DNA of 64,000 nucleotides, taken from the NCBI GenBank assembly GCA_963779755.1, contig CAVZZO010000001.1:800001-864000 (forward strand), in the 5' to 3' direction. Both the position numbers and the translations under genes were made by a program. A model generated the notes under the pieces. The model was not told the DNA's origin and did not search any database. It saw only the letters and a list, made by a program, of their open reading frames with translations. Below are positions 46,104 to 55,799 of this stretch, in pieces. How positions within the stretch are numbered: the stretch's first letter is position 1; each line of letters begins with the position of its first letter. This stretch comes from an uncultured Gemmatimonadales bacterium (GTDB lineage Bacteria > Gemmatimonadota > Gemmatimonadetes > Gemmatimonadales > GWC2-71-9).

Positions 46104-47459
46104 TCAGGTTCTCATCGCCCGCACCATGCTCTCCAGGCTTCGCTCGATATCCTCGTCCGTTGTGGCCCACCCGCTCACGCTGATGCGCATGGCGGTCCGG
46201 CCCTGCCATTCGGTGCCGCCGCACCAGCAAGTGCCGTCCTGCTGGATCCGCCCCATTACCGCTCGGGTGCGTTCCGGACTGCCGAAGGACACCAGAACCT
46301 GATTGAGTACAACCTCATTGAGAATCTCAGCGCCGGCCCCGGTGAGTCCCTCCGCCAGGCGCCGCGCGTGCCGGCAGCAGCGCTCGATTATGCCGGCGAC
46401 GCCCTCCCGGCCCAGCGAGCGCAGAGCGGCCCACACCTCGATCCCCCGCGCCCGGCGGGAGAGCTCCGGCGTATAGTCGGCCGGTTCACGCCGGCCGCTG
46501 CTGGGGAGGTACGACGTGGAAAAGGACATGGCCTGCCGGAGGGCGGCCGGATCGCGCACCAGCGCAACCCCGCTGTCGTAGGGAACGTTGAGCCATTTGT
46601 GCGCGTCAATGGCCCAGGAATCGGCCTGGTCCGCCCCGGCCAGGAGCGGGCGCGTGGCCGGCGCGGCCCGGGCCCACAGGCCGAAGGCGCCGTCGATGTG
46701 CACCCAGGCGCCGGCCCGGTGTGCCCAGGCGATCAGTTCCGGCAGCGGATCGACCGCCCCGGTATTCAGGTTGCCCGCCTGCAGGGATACGATGGCCGGG
46801 CCATGGAGTGACGGCAATGCAGCGGTACGCATGCGCCCCTGCCGGTCCACCGGCACCTGCACCACGCGCTCCCGGCCGAGTCCCAGCAGGGCGAGCGCCT
46901 GCAGCAGCGTGGCATGCACCTCCGCTCCTGTCACTACCGTTATCGGAGGCGCGCCGAAGAGGCCGCGCGCCGTGACATCCCAGCCCTGGCGCAACAGGAC
47001 GGCGCCCCGCGCCGCCGCCAGCCCGCAAAAGTTGGCCATGGTGGCGCCGGTGACGAACCCGGCGCCGGTGCCCGCGGGCAGCTCGAGCAGATCCACCAGC
47101 CAGTCCTGCGCCATCTGCTCCAGTTTCGCGGCTGCCGGGCTGGTGGCCCAGAGCGCCGCGTTCTGGTCCCACGCGCCGGCGAGCCAGTTGGCGGCGAGCG
47201 CTGCAGGAGTGCTGCCCCCGATGACGAATCCGAAGAAGCGGCCGCCCGCGCTGGCTACGGTGGCCGGGGAGCCGGCCTCGTCCAGCAGGCGCAGGGTATC
47301 GGCCGGATCGCCGGGCCCGTCGGGCAGCGCCTCGTCGAAGCGGTTCAGGCCGCGCAACGCGGCCTCATCGGGGGCCACCCGCCGGTGCTCGAGGCCCTGA
47401 AGGTAGGCGGCGGCTCGCACCGCGGCGTCGTGCAGAAGGGTAGGGGGTGTGGGGCGCAT
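46104..47459 (-). CDS. PLP-dependent group II decarboxylase
   Basis: WVHIDGAFG, DAHKWLNVPYD, PELSRRARG. Confidence 0.92.
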   Translation of the reverse strand: MRPTPPTLLHDAAVRAAAYLQGLEHRRVAPDEAALRGLNRFDEALPDGPGDPADTLRLLDEAGSPATVASAGGRFFGFVIGGSTPAALAANWLAGAWDQNAALWATSPAAAKLEQMAQDWLVDLLELPAGTGAGFVTGATMANFCGLAAARGAVLLRQGWDVTARGLFGAPPITVVTGAEVHATLLQALALLGLGRERVVQVPVDRQGRMRTAALPSLHGPAIVSLQAGNLNTGAVDPLPELIAWAHRAGAWVHIDGAFGLWARAAPATRPLLAGADQADSWAIDAHKWLNVPYDSGVALVRDPAALRQAMSFSTSYLPSSGRREPADYTPELSRRARGIEVWAALRSLGREGVAGIIERCCRHARRLAEGLTGAGAEILNEVVLNQVLVSFGSPERTRAVMGRIQQDGTCWCGGTEWQGRTAMRISVSGWATTDEDIERSLESMVRAMRT

Positions 47460-47619
47460 ATGTGGTGAACTGGTTCAATGGGAAGGAGAACAGGGAAACA
47501 CAGGGCGTAGCCCTTGTTCTATTCCCGTTTCACCTGTTCCCTGTCCCATCGCCGGCTATTCGGCGGTTGACGGGTCGGTGGTCGCGTTCTCCTCGGTCAA
47601 GCGATTGGCGGGGAAGCCG

Positions 47620-47720
47620 CCCCGGACAGGCTCCGTTCACCACCGCGCGCAGGTGGCGCAGGATGGGGCGACCGAACTCTGGCCCCTTCTGATGCAGGCG
47701 GCTGGACGCGGATCGCGCAT
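47620..47720 (-). pseudogene. Degenerate 5' fragment of a YdeI/DUF1801-like gene
   Basis: MRDPR..ACI, then a frameshift to KGPEFGRPILRHLRAVVNGACP. Confidence 0.5.
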
Positions 47721-47750
47721 GGTGAATCTGCCCTGCGAGGGATCGGAGCA

Positions 47751-48101
47751 CTAGAGCACCCAGCGGGGACCAAGCAACCAGAAGAAGATCGCGAGAGCGG
47801 CGGCGGCCACCAGCAGCGTTCCCAGCCCCGCCAGTGCCGCCTGGAGGAGGGCGATGGCCCGTCCGGGGTGGTCCTCCGCCCGGTGCGCCAGCAGGCCCCA
47901 GAGCGCGACGGTGGCGGCCGCCCCGCCTAGCGCCGAAAGCGGCCACAGCCAGACCGAGATGACGACCAGAATCAGGGCTTCCAGCAGAGCGGAGCCCAGG
48001 AGGACCAGGAGAACTCGTGTGGACGCGCCCGCGGCCCGGCGTTCCACGAACGCGTAGATGGATTCCTGGGGGAGAGCGGTCTGGTTGGATCCGGGTGTCA
48101 T
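47751..48101 (-). CDS. Hypothetical membrane protein
   Basis: Three TM helices; ATGA overlap with the upstream gene. Confidence 0.6.
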   Translation of the reverse strand: MTPGSNQTALPQESIYAFVERRAAGASTRVLLVLLGSALLEALILVVISVWLWPLSALGGAAATVALWGLLAHRAEDHPGRAIALLQAALAGLGTLLVAAAALAIFFWLLGPRWVL

Positions 48102-48883
48102 CCCTGGTTGCTCCTGTTGCTGCAGAATGGGGGATCAGGGCCGGCCGGCAGTCCTGCCTGGCGCTCCCGGACGGCCGCCTCCACCAGCGCGCGCGCGAGC
48201 GGCGGCACCTGTCCTTTCAGCGCGGCGCGTTCCGGCTGAAACAGGGTCAGCACATAAAAGGGATGCCCCCACAACTCGACGGCCCGGATATCGCCATCGC
48301 TGTCCCAGGCGGCGGGCCGCAGCGGCCCCTCGGCAAGGCGCCCGAGGTACGCCGGGTTCAGCCCGTAGCGGCAATGATAGCCCTCGATCGCGCGAGCGTC
48401 GCCGTAGAGCATCGCCAGCCGCGACCCGGGCGGGAAGTGCACCTCGCCCTGTTCTTCTACCAGGGAACAGGCGAGCGGGGCGATCAGCGGGTCGGGCGCG
48501 GCAGGATCCAGCTCGGCGTGCGTGGCCGACGCCAGGCCCCATACGTTGCGGGCGTATTCCAGCAGGGCATGCTGAAAGCCGCCGCAGGTGCCGATGAAGG
48601 GGCGGCTCCGTTCCCGGGCAAAGCGGGCGGCGGCGAGGGCGGCATCCGTGCTGGCGTAGGGACTGGCCGGCACGAGCCAGAGCGCGTCATATCGTTCCAG
48701 CCGGGCAGCGGTATCCGATGCACCCAATTCCGCCGTATGCAGCCATTCCCAGGCGATCTCGACCCTGGCGGCAGCCCCTGCCAGCCGCAGCGCCTCGGGA
48801 ATGGCCCGGTGGGCAAGGACTGCGGGATCGTGATCGCCGATCAGGCCGATGCTGAGGCGGGATTCAGGTGACAGTGTGGTCAT
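48098..48883 (-). CDS. Stand-alone CTP-synthase glutaminase-like domain protein
   Basis: IGLIGD, PASPY, GTCGGFQHALLEYARN, HPFYVLTLFQPE. Confidence 0.85.
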   Translation of the reverse strand: MTTLSPESRLSIGLIGDHDPAVLAHRAIPEALRLAGAAARVEIAWEWLHTAELGASDTAARLERYDALWLVPASPYASTDAALAAARFARERSRPFIGTCGGFQHALLEYARNVWGLASATHAELDPAAPDPLIAPLACSLVEEQGEVHFPPGSRLAMLYGDARAIEGYHCRYGLNPAYLGRLAEGPLRPAAWDSDGDIRAVELWGHPFYVLTLFQPERAALKGQVPPLARALVEAAVRERQAGLPAGPDPPFCSNRSNQG

Positions 48884-49040
48884 CGCGCCTGCGGGCAGAA
48901 GGAGAGCCAGGCCGGCGCCCTGGCCGGACCGGGACCCCTGGTATCACCGCCTGGTCCTCGAGCGGCCGGGTGTCGCGCTTTTTTTTCGCTGCAGACAGGC
49001 AGAGCGGTGATCGTGCGACAGCCTCTGCCGTCCTGCCGTC

Positions 49041-49358
49041 CTACTTCCCTCTTCTTCCTTTCTTCTTCCTGTCCGCTTTTCCCTTCCCGTACAAGTCACG
49101 CAACTCATCCTTGGCCGCTTCCAGCCGTCGTCGCTGAGCCCCGGAGAGCTGCTTTCCCGCCCGGTTGATATAGAAGGTGAGCATGCTCATGGCCGAGCGG
49201 AACGGGCTCGATTTGCGGCGCCGGCTGCGATCCGCCGAGCGTTTGAGCGACCGGGCGATGGCCCGGGGATCGCGCTTCGCGAAAACGCCCTCTTCCAGGT
49301 CGAGCGCGTTACTGCGGCGGGTCACCCGCCCGGACCAGCGGCTGGACTTCCTTGCCAT
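49041..49358 (-). CDS. DUF3175 protein
   Basis: SNALDLEEGVF..IARSLKRSA..SAMSMLTFYINRAG. Confidence 0.9.
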   Translation of the reverse strand: MARKSSRWSGRVTRRSNALDLEEGVFAKRDPRAIARSLKRSADRSRRRKSSPFRSAMSMLTFYINRAGKQLSGAQRRRLEAAKDELRDLYGKGKADRKKKGRRGK

Positions 49359-49426
49359 CCGCGCCTCCCTCTGCCGACCCTCCTCCGTGCGACTCCCGTG
49401 CTTCTCCCGTCTTCTTCGCGTCCTCC

Positions 49427-50074
49427 TCACGGCCCCTGTTTTGAATACACCGAGTCCAGAGTGCGTTTGTACGCCGCCAGCGGCGGCAGCCCCAGGCGGG
49501 CGCGCCGGGCATCCACCTCCGCGGAGTCTTCGATGGGATCGATAATCACCGTCCCGTTCCGGATGGTGGCCTGGGTCCCGTAGCGCTGCGGCTTGCCCTG
49601 GGCCTTGGCCACGCGATCGGTCAGCATGGCGAGCGACTCGCCATCGATGTTGCCGGCGGTATATGCCGAGTTGAGTCGCGGCAGCACCGAGGCCTGGAAT
49701 GCCGTGTCCTGGTCGGCGTGCTGCACCAGCAGAAACGCCGCCTCGACGCCGTCCCGTCCGACGGCGGCAACGGTCGGCCAGCCGAGCTGCCGGATCAGCG
49801 GCTTGAGCCAGGCCGTGTTGGACGAATCTACCGCGCGCATGCGTCGCGCGACCGGCTGGGTAATGGTACCGGTGGAGCGAAGCTGGGCCGCGAAGGTGTC
49901 GCGAATGGCCTGGTCCAACCGGACCCGCTGCAGCAGCTCCGGCCGCTTCCCGCGCCAGCCGGCGGCGCTGGAGTCCTGGCCCGGGAGCCCGGGCGGCATC
50001 AGGGTGGAGGCTCCCAGGAACACCAGCAGCGGGACCAGCAGGCGGCGGATTTGCCGGGGAGTGTTGTGCGTCAT
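49427..50074 (-). CDS. DUF6624-like secreted protein
   Basis: DQAIR, GWPT..VG, LLVQHAD, DRV....KPQRYGTQ. Confidence 0.85.
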   Translation of the reverse strand: MTHNTPRQIRRLLVPLLVFLGASTLMPPGLPGQDSSAAGWRGKRPELLQRVRLDQAIRDTFAAQLRSTGTITQPVARRMRAVDSSNTAWLKPLIRQLGWPTVAAVGRDGVEAAFLLVQHADQDTAFQASVLPRLNSAYTAGNIDGESLAMLTDRVAKAQGKPQRYGTQATIRNGTVIIDPIEDSAEVDARRARLGLPPLAAYKRTLDSVYSKQGP

Positions 50075-50171
50075 CGCTCGCCGTGTCGGGGCCGGGTTGC
50101 ACAATGGCATACTGTCGCGCGGTTGTCCATTGGCGGGCAGGTGGGGGAAGAGCCTCGGGAGCGGCCAGGTG

Positions 50172-50588
50172 CTATGGCCGGCTCCGGGCCATCACGGCGT
50201 CCAGCGAGATCGGGCCTGCGCCTCGCGCGGCGAAGAAGAGCCAGATGAAGGCATACAACACCGGCAGTTCCCCCCGGTTTTCCCACCACCAGAGATGGCC
50301 GCTGCCCCCCAGGTGAATCCAGAAATAGGCCACGGCCATTTCGCCCGACGCGATGATCGCGACGATGCGGGTAAAGAGGCCAAGCACGATGCAGAGGCCC
50401 GCGACAGTCTCGATGGCGCCGGCAGCGCCGAACCGGGTGAGGAACTCCGCGTGCTGGCCGGGGCCGCCGAAGCCGCCGAACCAGCCCAGCAGCTTTGCCG
50501 CGCCATGGGAAAAGAAGGCCAGCCCGGCCGCGATGCGGAGGGCGGTGAGTGCTAGGGTCACCTCGCGGCGTTCCAGGGGATAGTTCAC
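50172..50588 (-). CDS. DoxX-family protein
   Basis: LRIAAG..HGAAKLLG, ASGEMAVAYF, GAGPISLD. Confidence 0.9.
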   Translation of the reverse strand: MNYPLERREVTLALTALRIAAGLAFFSHGAAKLLGWFGGFGGPGQHAEFLTRFGAAGAIETVAGLCIVLGLFTRIVAIIASGEMAVAYFWIHLGGSGHLWWWENRGELPVLYAFIWLFFAARGAGPISLDAVMARSRP

Positions 50589-51553
50589 CGGGCTCGGGCT
50601 CCTGTAATAGCAGAATCGACAGGCCGGCCTTCGGCGAAGGCAATGATCTGGTCGAAGGCCTGGCCGAAATAAGCTTCGTAACTGTCCTTCTCAACGTAAC
50701 CGAGGTGGGGAGTACAGATCGCGTTTTCCAGCGCGAGCAGGGGATGTGTCGCTCCCAGTACCGGTTCCTCTTCGAATACATCGACCGCGGCGAATCCGGG
50801 ACGGCCGCTCCGGAGTGCGGAGACCAGCGCGCCCGGCTGGATCAGCTCGGCCCGGCTGGTGTTGACCAGCAGAGCATCGGGCCGCATGCGTGCCAGATCT
50901 GACGGGCCGATGCCGCCCCGGGTTTCCGGCCCCAGCTTGAGGTGCAGCGAGAGCACATCGGTGCGCTCGAGCAGCGCCTCCCGGCCCGCCGCCGCCGCGA
51001 TACCCGCCTCACGGGCGCGCGCCAGCGAACCTTCACGGCCCCACGCCAGGACCTCCATGCCGAAGGCGGCCCCGAAACCGGCGACCAGCGCGCCGATCCG
51101 GCCGTAGCCCCAGATCCCGAGCGTGCGGCCGCGCAGCCCGCGGCCCAGGCGGGACTGCCAGCCCCCGGCGCGCAGACGCTCGATCTCGGTGGGCAGGTGC
51201 CGCATGGCGGCCAGGATCAGCGCCCAGGTCAGCTCGGCGGGCGCGTGAGGCGATCCGGTTCCGGCTGTAACCTGCACGCCACGGCGGGCGCAGGCAGCGA
51301 GATCGATATGGCCGGTGCCGCGCCCGGTCTGGGCGATCAGGCGCAGCCGGGGCAGCCGTTCCAGCAGGGGCGCGGTGATCGCCGTCCGCTCCCGGATGAG
51401 TACCAGGGCTTCGGTGGGCGCAAAGCGGCGCGCCAGCTCGTCGAGATCGCGAGTGGTATCGTTGTAGATGGTGACGTCGTGTCCACGCAGGCGGGCGAAA
51501 CATTCGAGCCCGCGCACGGCATCCTGGTAGTCATCGGGAATGACGATGTGCAT
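50585..51553 (-). CDS. D-2-hydroxyacid dehydrogenase family protein
   Basis: IRERT, GYGRIG, NTSRA, DVFEEEP, TPHLGYV. Confidence 0.93.
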   Translation of the reverse strand: MHIVIPDDYQDAVRGLECFARLRGHDVTIYNDTTRDLDELARRFAPTEALVLIRERTAITAPLLERLPRLRLIAQTGRGTGHIDLAACARRGVQVTAGTGSPHAPAELTWALILAAMRHLPTEIERLRAGGWQSRLGRGLRGRTLGIWGYGRIGALVAGFGAAFGMEVLAWGREGSLARAREAGIAAAAGREALLERTDVLSLHLKLGPETRGGIGPSDLARMRPDALLVNTSRAELIQPGALVSALRSGRPGFAAVDVFEEEPVLGATHPLLALENAICTPHLGYVEKDSYEAYFGQAFDQIIAFAEGRPVDSAITGARAR

Positions 51554-51593
51554 GGCTCCGAATGTAAGGGGGAGCGGAGATCGCCGTCTCGGA

Positions 51594-51959
51594 TCACGGC
51601 GGCAGCAGCGGCTGCAGCCGTTTCGGTGCGGTAAGCCGCCAGGCGTCGCGCAGCAGGTCTTCCAGTTCTGCCCAGCCGGTCTCTCCATCAAGCCAGACGC
51701 CGATCCAGCCGCTGGGCCCGACATAGGGCGGCTTGAAGAACCGGGACGGCGCGGCCCGGACCATCAACGCCTGGTTAGCCGGCAGCGCCTTGACCCAGGC
51801 CGCTTCCCGTCCCTGGCCGTGATGGCTGTCCTTCGAGGCATAGGTGGCGAACAGTTTGTTGCGAACCCGGAATGTCGGTTCGCCCCACGCTTCCACTTCA
51901 TGCGCCTCAGGGAGACGAAGACAGAGACGGCGGAGGCGGGTCAGCGGGCGTAAGGACAT
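51594..51959 (-). CDS. MmcQ/YjbR-family protein
   Basis: WGEPTFRVRNKLFA, PPYVGPSGWIGV. Confidence 0.88.
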   Translation of the reverse strand: MSLRPLTRLRRLCLRLPEAHEVEAWGEPTFRVRNKLFATYASKDSHHGQGREAAWVKALPANQALMVRAAPSRFFKPPYVGPSGWIGVWLDGETGWAELEDLLRDAWRLTAPKRLQPLLPP

Positions 51960-52070
51960 GGCGTGCTCCGGTCGGGAGAAAGCCGACAGGCCCGGAAACG
52001 TGAGCCGGCTCGCGGCCCGGGCGCCGGGAGCCTCCTAACGTGGGACGGACTCGCGCCCCGGAGGCCTGAC

Positions 52071-52427
52071 ATGCAGCTTCAGCGGACGGCCGCACTCGCC
52101 GCCCTTCTTCTCCTCCCCGTTGCCGGCTGTGCCAACCCGCAGGCGAACCCGGCGGTGAGCCCCGCCACGGCTCCCCGCCTGGTGGTGAAGAACCGCTCGG
52201 CGTTCGATATGGACATCTATCTCAACAGCCGGGGTCAGCGGATCCGGCTGGGCATCGCCTCGGCGGACACCACCACGCAGTTCTCTCTCCCCCAGGACCA
52301 GGTGGTGGGTGCGGGGCTCGTCACCTTTCAGGCAGTGCCCATCACCGGCGGCGGCGAATCGTCTTCCACCGAGCCAACCAATGTGCCGCCCGGGGGAGAG
52401 ATTACGCTGGATATCCCGCCTCCGTAG
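52071..52427 (+). CDS. Hypothetical lipoprotein
   Basis: GGAGG RBS; lipobox VAGC. Confidence 0.7.
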   Translation: MQLQRTAALAALLLLPVAGCANPQANPAVSPATAPRLVVKNRSAFDMDIYLNSRGQRIRLGIASADTTTQFSLPQDQVVGAGLVTFQAVPITGGGESSSTEPTNVPPGGEITLDIPPP

Positions 52428-52430
52428 CTC

Positions 52431-53003
52431 TCAGTCCTCTCGGCGCGCCCGGCCCTCTCGGTCCTCTCGACCGGTCGAAAGGGTCGAGGGCCGCTCGAGC
52501 AGATATGACGGATGCTGCAGCCCGGTCGGGGGGTAGAATTCTGTCCCGACGCACTGGAAGCCGAGCCTGAGGAGGAGTCGGCGGGAGGCCTCGTTGGCCG
52601 GATGGTGGCCGGCGGAGATCTTTCGCGCGCCCAGATGCTCGAATCCAAACCGCAGCACGGCGCTGCCGGCTTCAGTCCCGAAGCCCTGTCCCCAGCAGCC
52701 CGGCAGCAGCTGTATCCCGAACTCGGGGATCTGCCCGGCAGGCCGGTAGGGACGCAATCCACAACACCCGAGAAACTCCCCGGAGTCCAGCCGGAAGAGC
52801 GGCCAGTACTGCATGCCATATTCCTGCTGCCAGGCGAGTTCTGCCTGCAGCCGTTGTTCGATCTCTTCCGGTGAAAAGACGCCGCGCGCGTGCAGGAGGC
52901 GGGTCACGGCCGGATTGCCCCAGAGGCGTTGCGCCAGCATCCGGTCCTCCGGCTGCCAGCAGCGGAAGCCCAGCCGCGGAGTGCGGAGCAGGAAGGTGCT
53001 CAG
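52431..53003 (-). CDS. RimJ/RimL-type GNAT acetyltransferase, probable CTG start
   Basis: LRTPRLGFRCW..ED lies upstream of the first ATG; WGQGFGTE and N.AS..LL.RLGF; CTG overlaps the upstream TGA. Confidence 0.8.
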   Translation of the reverse strand: MSTFLLRTPRLGFRCWQPEDRMLAQRLWGNPAVTRLLHARGVFSPEEIEQRLQAELAWQQEYGMQYWPLFRLDSGEFLGCCGLRPYRPAGQIPEFGIQLLPGCWGQGFGTEAGSAVLRFGFEHLGARKISAGHHPANEASRRLLLRLGFQCVGTEFYPPTGLQHPSYLLERPSTLSTGREDREGRARRED

Positions 53004-53791
53004 CGGCGGACCCGTTCGAAGGCGCCCACGTCCTTATGGTACTGCTGCACCACGGTGGGCTGGGCCGGGTTGGTGTACACCTCGGCGACGGGGTGGGCGA
53101 TCACCTCGGCGATGACGTCGGCAACCTGATCAGCCGTCTGGGCCTGGAGCGGAGTGCCGCCCGGACGGATGACCGGGGCCGGCCCCGAGCCGGGCCCACC
53201 GGCGTTGCGGGCGAATTCGGTCGTCACTACCCCCGGCATCACGATGGTGACATGGACGCCGGGTGCGGTGGACTGGAGATCCATTCGCAGATTGGCGGTG
53301 AGAGAGTTGAGCGCCGCCTTGGCCGCGCTGTACGCCGAGCGGTAGGACGCCAGGGGGATGCGGGCGAGAAAGGACGAGATGTTGATCAGGTGCCCCCGGC
53401 CCTCTCTGACAAAATGCGGCGTCACGGCCTGCATGCCGTAGAGGGCGGACTTGACGTTGACCGCGATCATGTCGTCCAGATCGCGGTCGGTGAGCTCCAG
53501 GACCTGCCGGACGATGCCCCGGCCCGCGTTGTTGATCCACACATCGATGCGGCCGAACGCCTCGAGAGCGGCGTCGCGCAGGCGCTCCACTTCTTCCCGG
53601 CTGGTTACGTCGGTGACCACCGCGCGGGCCCGCGACTCGCCGCCCAGTTCGGTCGCCAGCCGCTCCAGTTCCTTCCGCCGGCGGGCGGCCAGCGCGATGC
53701 GGAATCCCTCGCGGCCCAGCCGCCGGGCGGCGGCCGCCCCGATGCCCGCGCTGGCGCCGGTGATGACGGCGACAGGCGCTTCTCCGGTCAT
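53000..53791 (-). CDS. SDR-family oxidoreductase
   Basis: TGASAGIG, NNAG, YSAAK. Confidence 0.93.
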   Translation of the reverse strand: MTGEAPVAVITGASAGIGAAAARRLGREGFRIALAARRRKELERLATELGGESRARAVVTDVTSREEVERLRDAALEAFGRIDVWINNAGRGIVRQVLELTDRDLDDMIAVNVKSALYGMQAVTPHFVREGRGHLINISSFLARIPLASYRSAYSAAKAALNSLTANLRMDLQSTAPGVHVTIVMPGVVTTEFARNAGGPGSGPAPVIRPGGTPLQAQTADQVADVIAEVIAHPVAEVYTNPAQPTVVQQYHKDVGAFERVRR

Positions 53792-54015
53792 GGTGTTCTC
53801 CTCGCCCTCCTCGACCGCTCGAGAGAGCCGAGAGGGCTCATTCTCCCTGGCTTCATGACGCACCCTCCTGACCTTCGAAGGTAGTCGAGCTGGGTGTGAC
53901 GGTCGAGCGAATCGGGAGGGGCTACTTGTCGCCGGAGGAAAATTGCGTCGCCTGATCGGTGCGGCCCAGCGCGGTGTATTCGGCGGCGAAGTCTACGGCA
54001 GATGGGAGCAGTCGT

Positions 54016-55773
54016 TCATGTGTAATCGCTGCGGGGAGGTGTTCGTCCCGGCGGCAGGATCTTCCGCGCCAGGGCCCGGCCGATGAACCGCAGGCGGTCG
54101 GGCCAGGCGAACCGCAGCAGGTTGGTCTTCACCACCCCGCGGGTGAACCAGGTGCGGGCTGAGTAATCGATGGCCACATCCACGGCGACCGGCCGCCCCG
54201 CATCCAGGGAGGCCTTGACCTGCTCCAGGATGTCGGGAATCTCGCCGTCGTGCCGCAGCAGCAGGCATTCGAGCCCCACGCCGCGGCAGATCGCGCCCAG
54301 GTCGTAGTCGGGCAGTACGCTCGAGGTCTTCCGGTTCATGGCCGTTTCCTGGAACTGGGCGATCTGCGCCAGCTCCTGGTCACGCAGTACCAACACGGCC
54401 ACCGGCACGCCGTTAACCGCCGCGGTGAGCAGCTCCAGCCCCGTCATCAGGAACGCCCCGTCGCCCGCCAGCGCCGCCACCGGGGTGCCCGGCCGCGCCA
54501 GCGCGGCCCCGATCGCCGCGGGCACGCTGTAGCCCATGCAGGAGTAGTCTACCGGGGCCAGAAAGCGGCCCGGGGCATCGAGCCGCAGCAGCTCCATCGC
54601 CAGGAAGGTGCCGTTGCCGCTGTCGCTGGTGAAGATGGTCTCGGGGCCGAGCCGCTCCTGCAGCGCCGCCAGCAGCCTGGCGGGAGTCACCCGCTGCCTG
54701 GAGGCGTTTTCCTCCCATTCGCGCCGGACTGCGCGGTGTCCCATGGCGATGCGCTCCCGCAGGCGGCTGTCGGGCCGCCGGCGCTCCAGCCGGGGCAGCA
54801 GGGCCGAGACGAACGCGGCCGCGTCGGCGGTCACGGCCAGGGCGGCAGGGTAGTTGGCGCCCGGCACCGCCGGGTCGATATCCACGTGAATCAGGGGCTG
54901 GGGCGGTTCCATGCCGTAGCTGGCAGTGGCCACCTCGCCGAAGCGGCAGCCGATGGCCAGGGTGGCGTCGCAGTCTCCCGCGATTTCCCGGGCGAAGGGC
55001 GGCGCCGCGGCCCCGAAGCCCGGCCACAGGGCCAGCGGGTGCGATTCCGGAAAGACCCCCTTCCCCTGGAAGGTGGTGGCGACCGGCGCATCCAGCAGAT
55101 CGGCCAGGGCGATCAGGTCTCTGCCCGCGCCGGCCGCGCCCAGACCCAGGTAGAGCAGGGGGCGGCGGCTGGCCTGAAGCAGCCGCGCCGCCTCCAGGAC
55201 CTGGGCGTTGCCGGGGGCCGGCGGGGTGATGGGAGCGGGCGGCTCGAGGTCCGCGTCGCTCATCTGGTGCGCGAAGAGGTAGAAGTCGGCGGGGATCTCC
55301 ACCATGACCGGCCCGGGGGCGCCCTCTCGCGCCAGCCGGCAGGCCCTGCGGATGGTGGTGTAGATTTCCGCTCCCCGTTCCGGCCGGAGCTGCGCCTTGG
55401 TGACCGGCCGGGCCATGGCGAGCTGGTCGACATCGTGCAGCTGGTACCGTCGGTCGGTGTCGCGCCGGATGCCGCAGCCCAGCACCAGCATGGGCACGGT
55501 ATCCATGAATGCCTCGGCGATGCCCGACATGGCATGGGTGAGCCCGGCGCCGGGAACGATATTGGCGCAGCCCAGGCGGCCGCTGGCACGCCAGACTGCA
55601 TCGGCCATGAACGAGGCGCTCTGTTCATCGGTGACCAGGATGGGCCGTACGGACTTCGATTCCGCCAGCCCGTCGTAGAGCTCGATGTTGTGGGTGCCCG
55701 GAATGCCGAAGGTGAAGGGAATGCCTTCGTCCTCCAGGGCGCGGACGACCAGCTGGGCTCCGGTGAGTTTCAT
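54016..55773 (-). CDS. Thiamine-diphosphate-dependent enzyme (acetolactate synthase-like)
   Basis: FGIPGTHN, EQSASFMA, MGYSVPAAIGA, GDGAF. Confidence 0.92.
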   Translation of the reverse strand: MKLTGAQLVVRALEDEGIPFTFGIPGTHNIELYDGLAESKSVRPILVTDEQSASFMADAVWRASGRLGCANIVPGAGLTHAMSGIAEAFMDTVPMLVLGCGIRRDTDRRYQLHDVDQLAMARPVTKAQLRPERGAEIYTTIRRACRLAREGAPGPVMVEIPADFYLFAHQMSDADLEPPAPITPPAPGNAQVLEAARLLQASRRPLLYLGLGAAGAGRDLIALADLLDAPVATTFQGKGVFPESHPLALWPGFGAAAPPFAREIAGDCDATLAIGCRFGEVATASYGMEPPQPLIHVDIDPAVPGANYPAALAVTADAAAFVSALLPRLERRRPDSRLRERIAMGHRAVRREWEENASRQRVTPARLLAALQERLGPETIFTSDSGNGTFLAMELLRLDAPGRFLAPVDYSCMGYSVPAAIGAALARPGTPVAALAGDGAFLMTGLELLTAAVNGVPVAVLVLRDQELAQIAQFQETAMNRKTSSVLPDYDLGAICRGVGLECLLLRHDGEIPDILEQVKASLDAGRPVAVDVAIDYSARTWFTRGVVKTNLLRFAWPDRLRFIGRALARKILPPGRTPPRSDYT

Positions 55774-55799
55774 GCGGGTCCTCGGCTCACTCGACCCCC

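Noticed and set aside
53922..54000. Possible C-terminal relic of a kinase-TPR gene (AAEYTALGRTDQATQF)
   Set aside because: Too short and too weakly similar to support.
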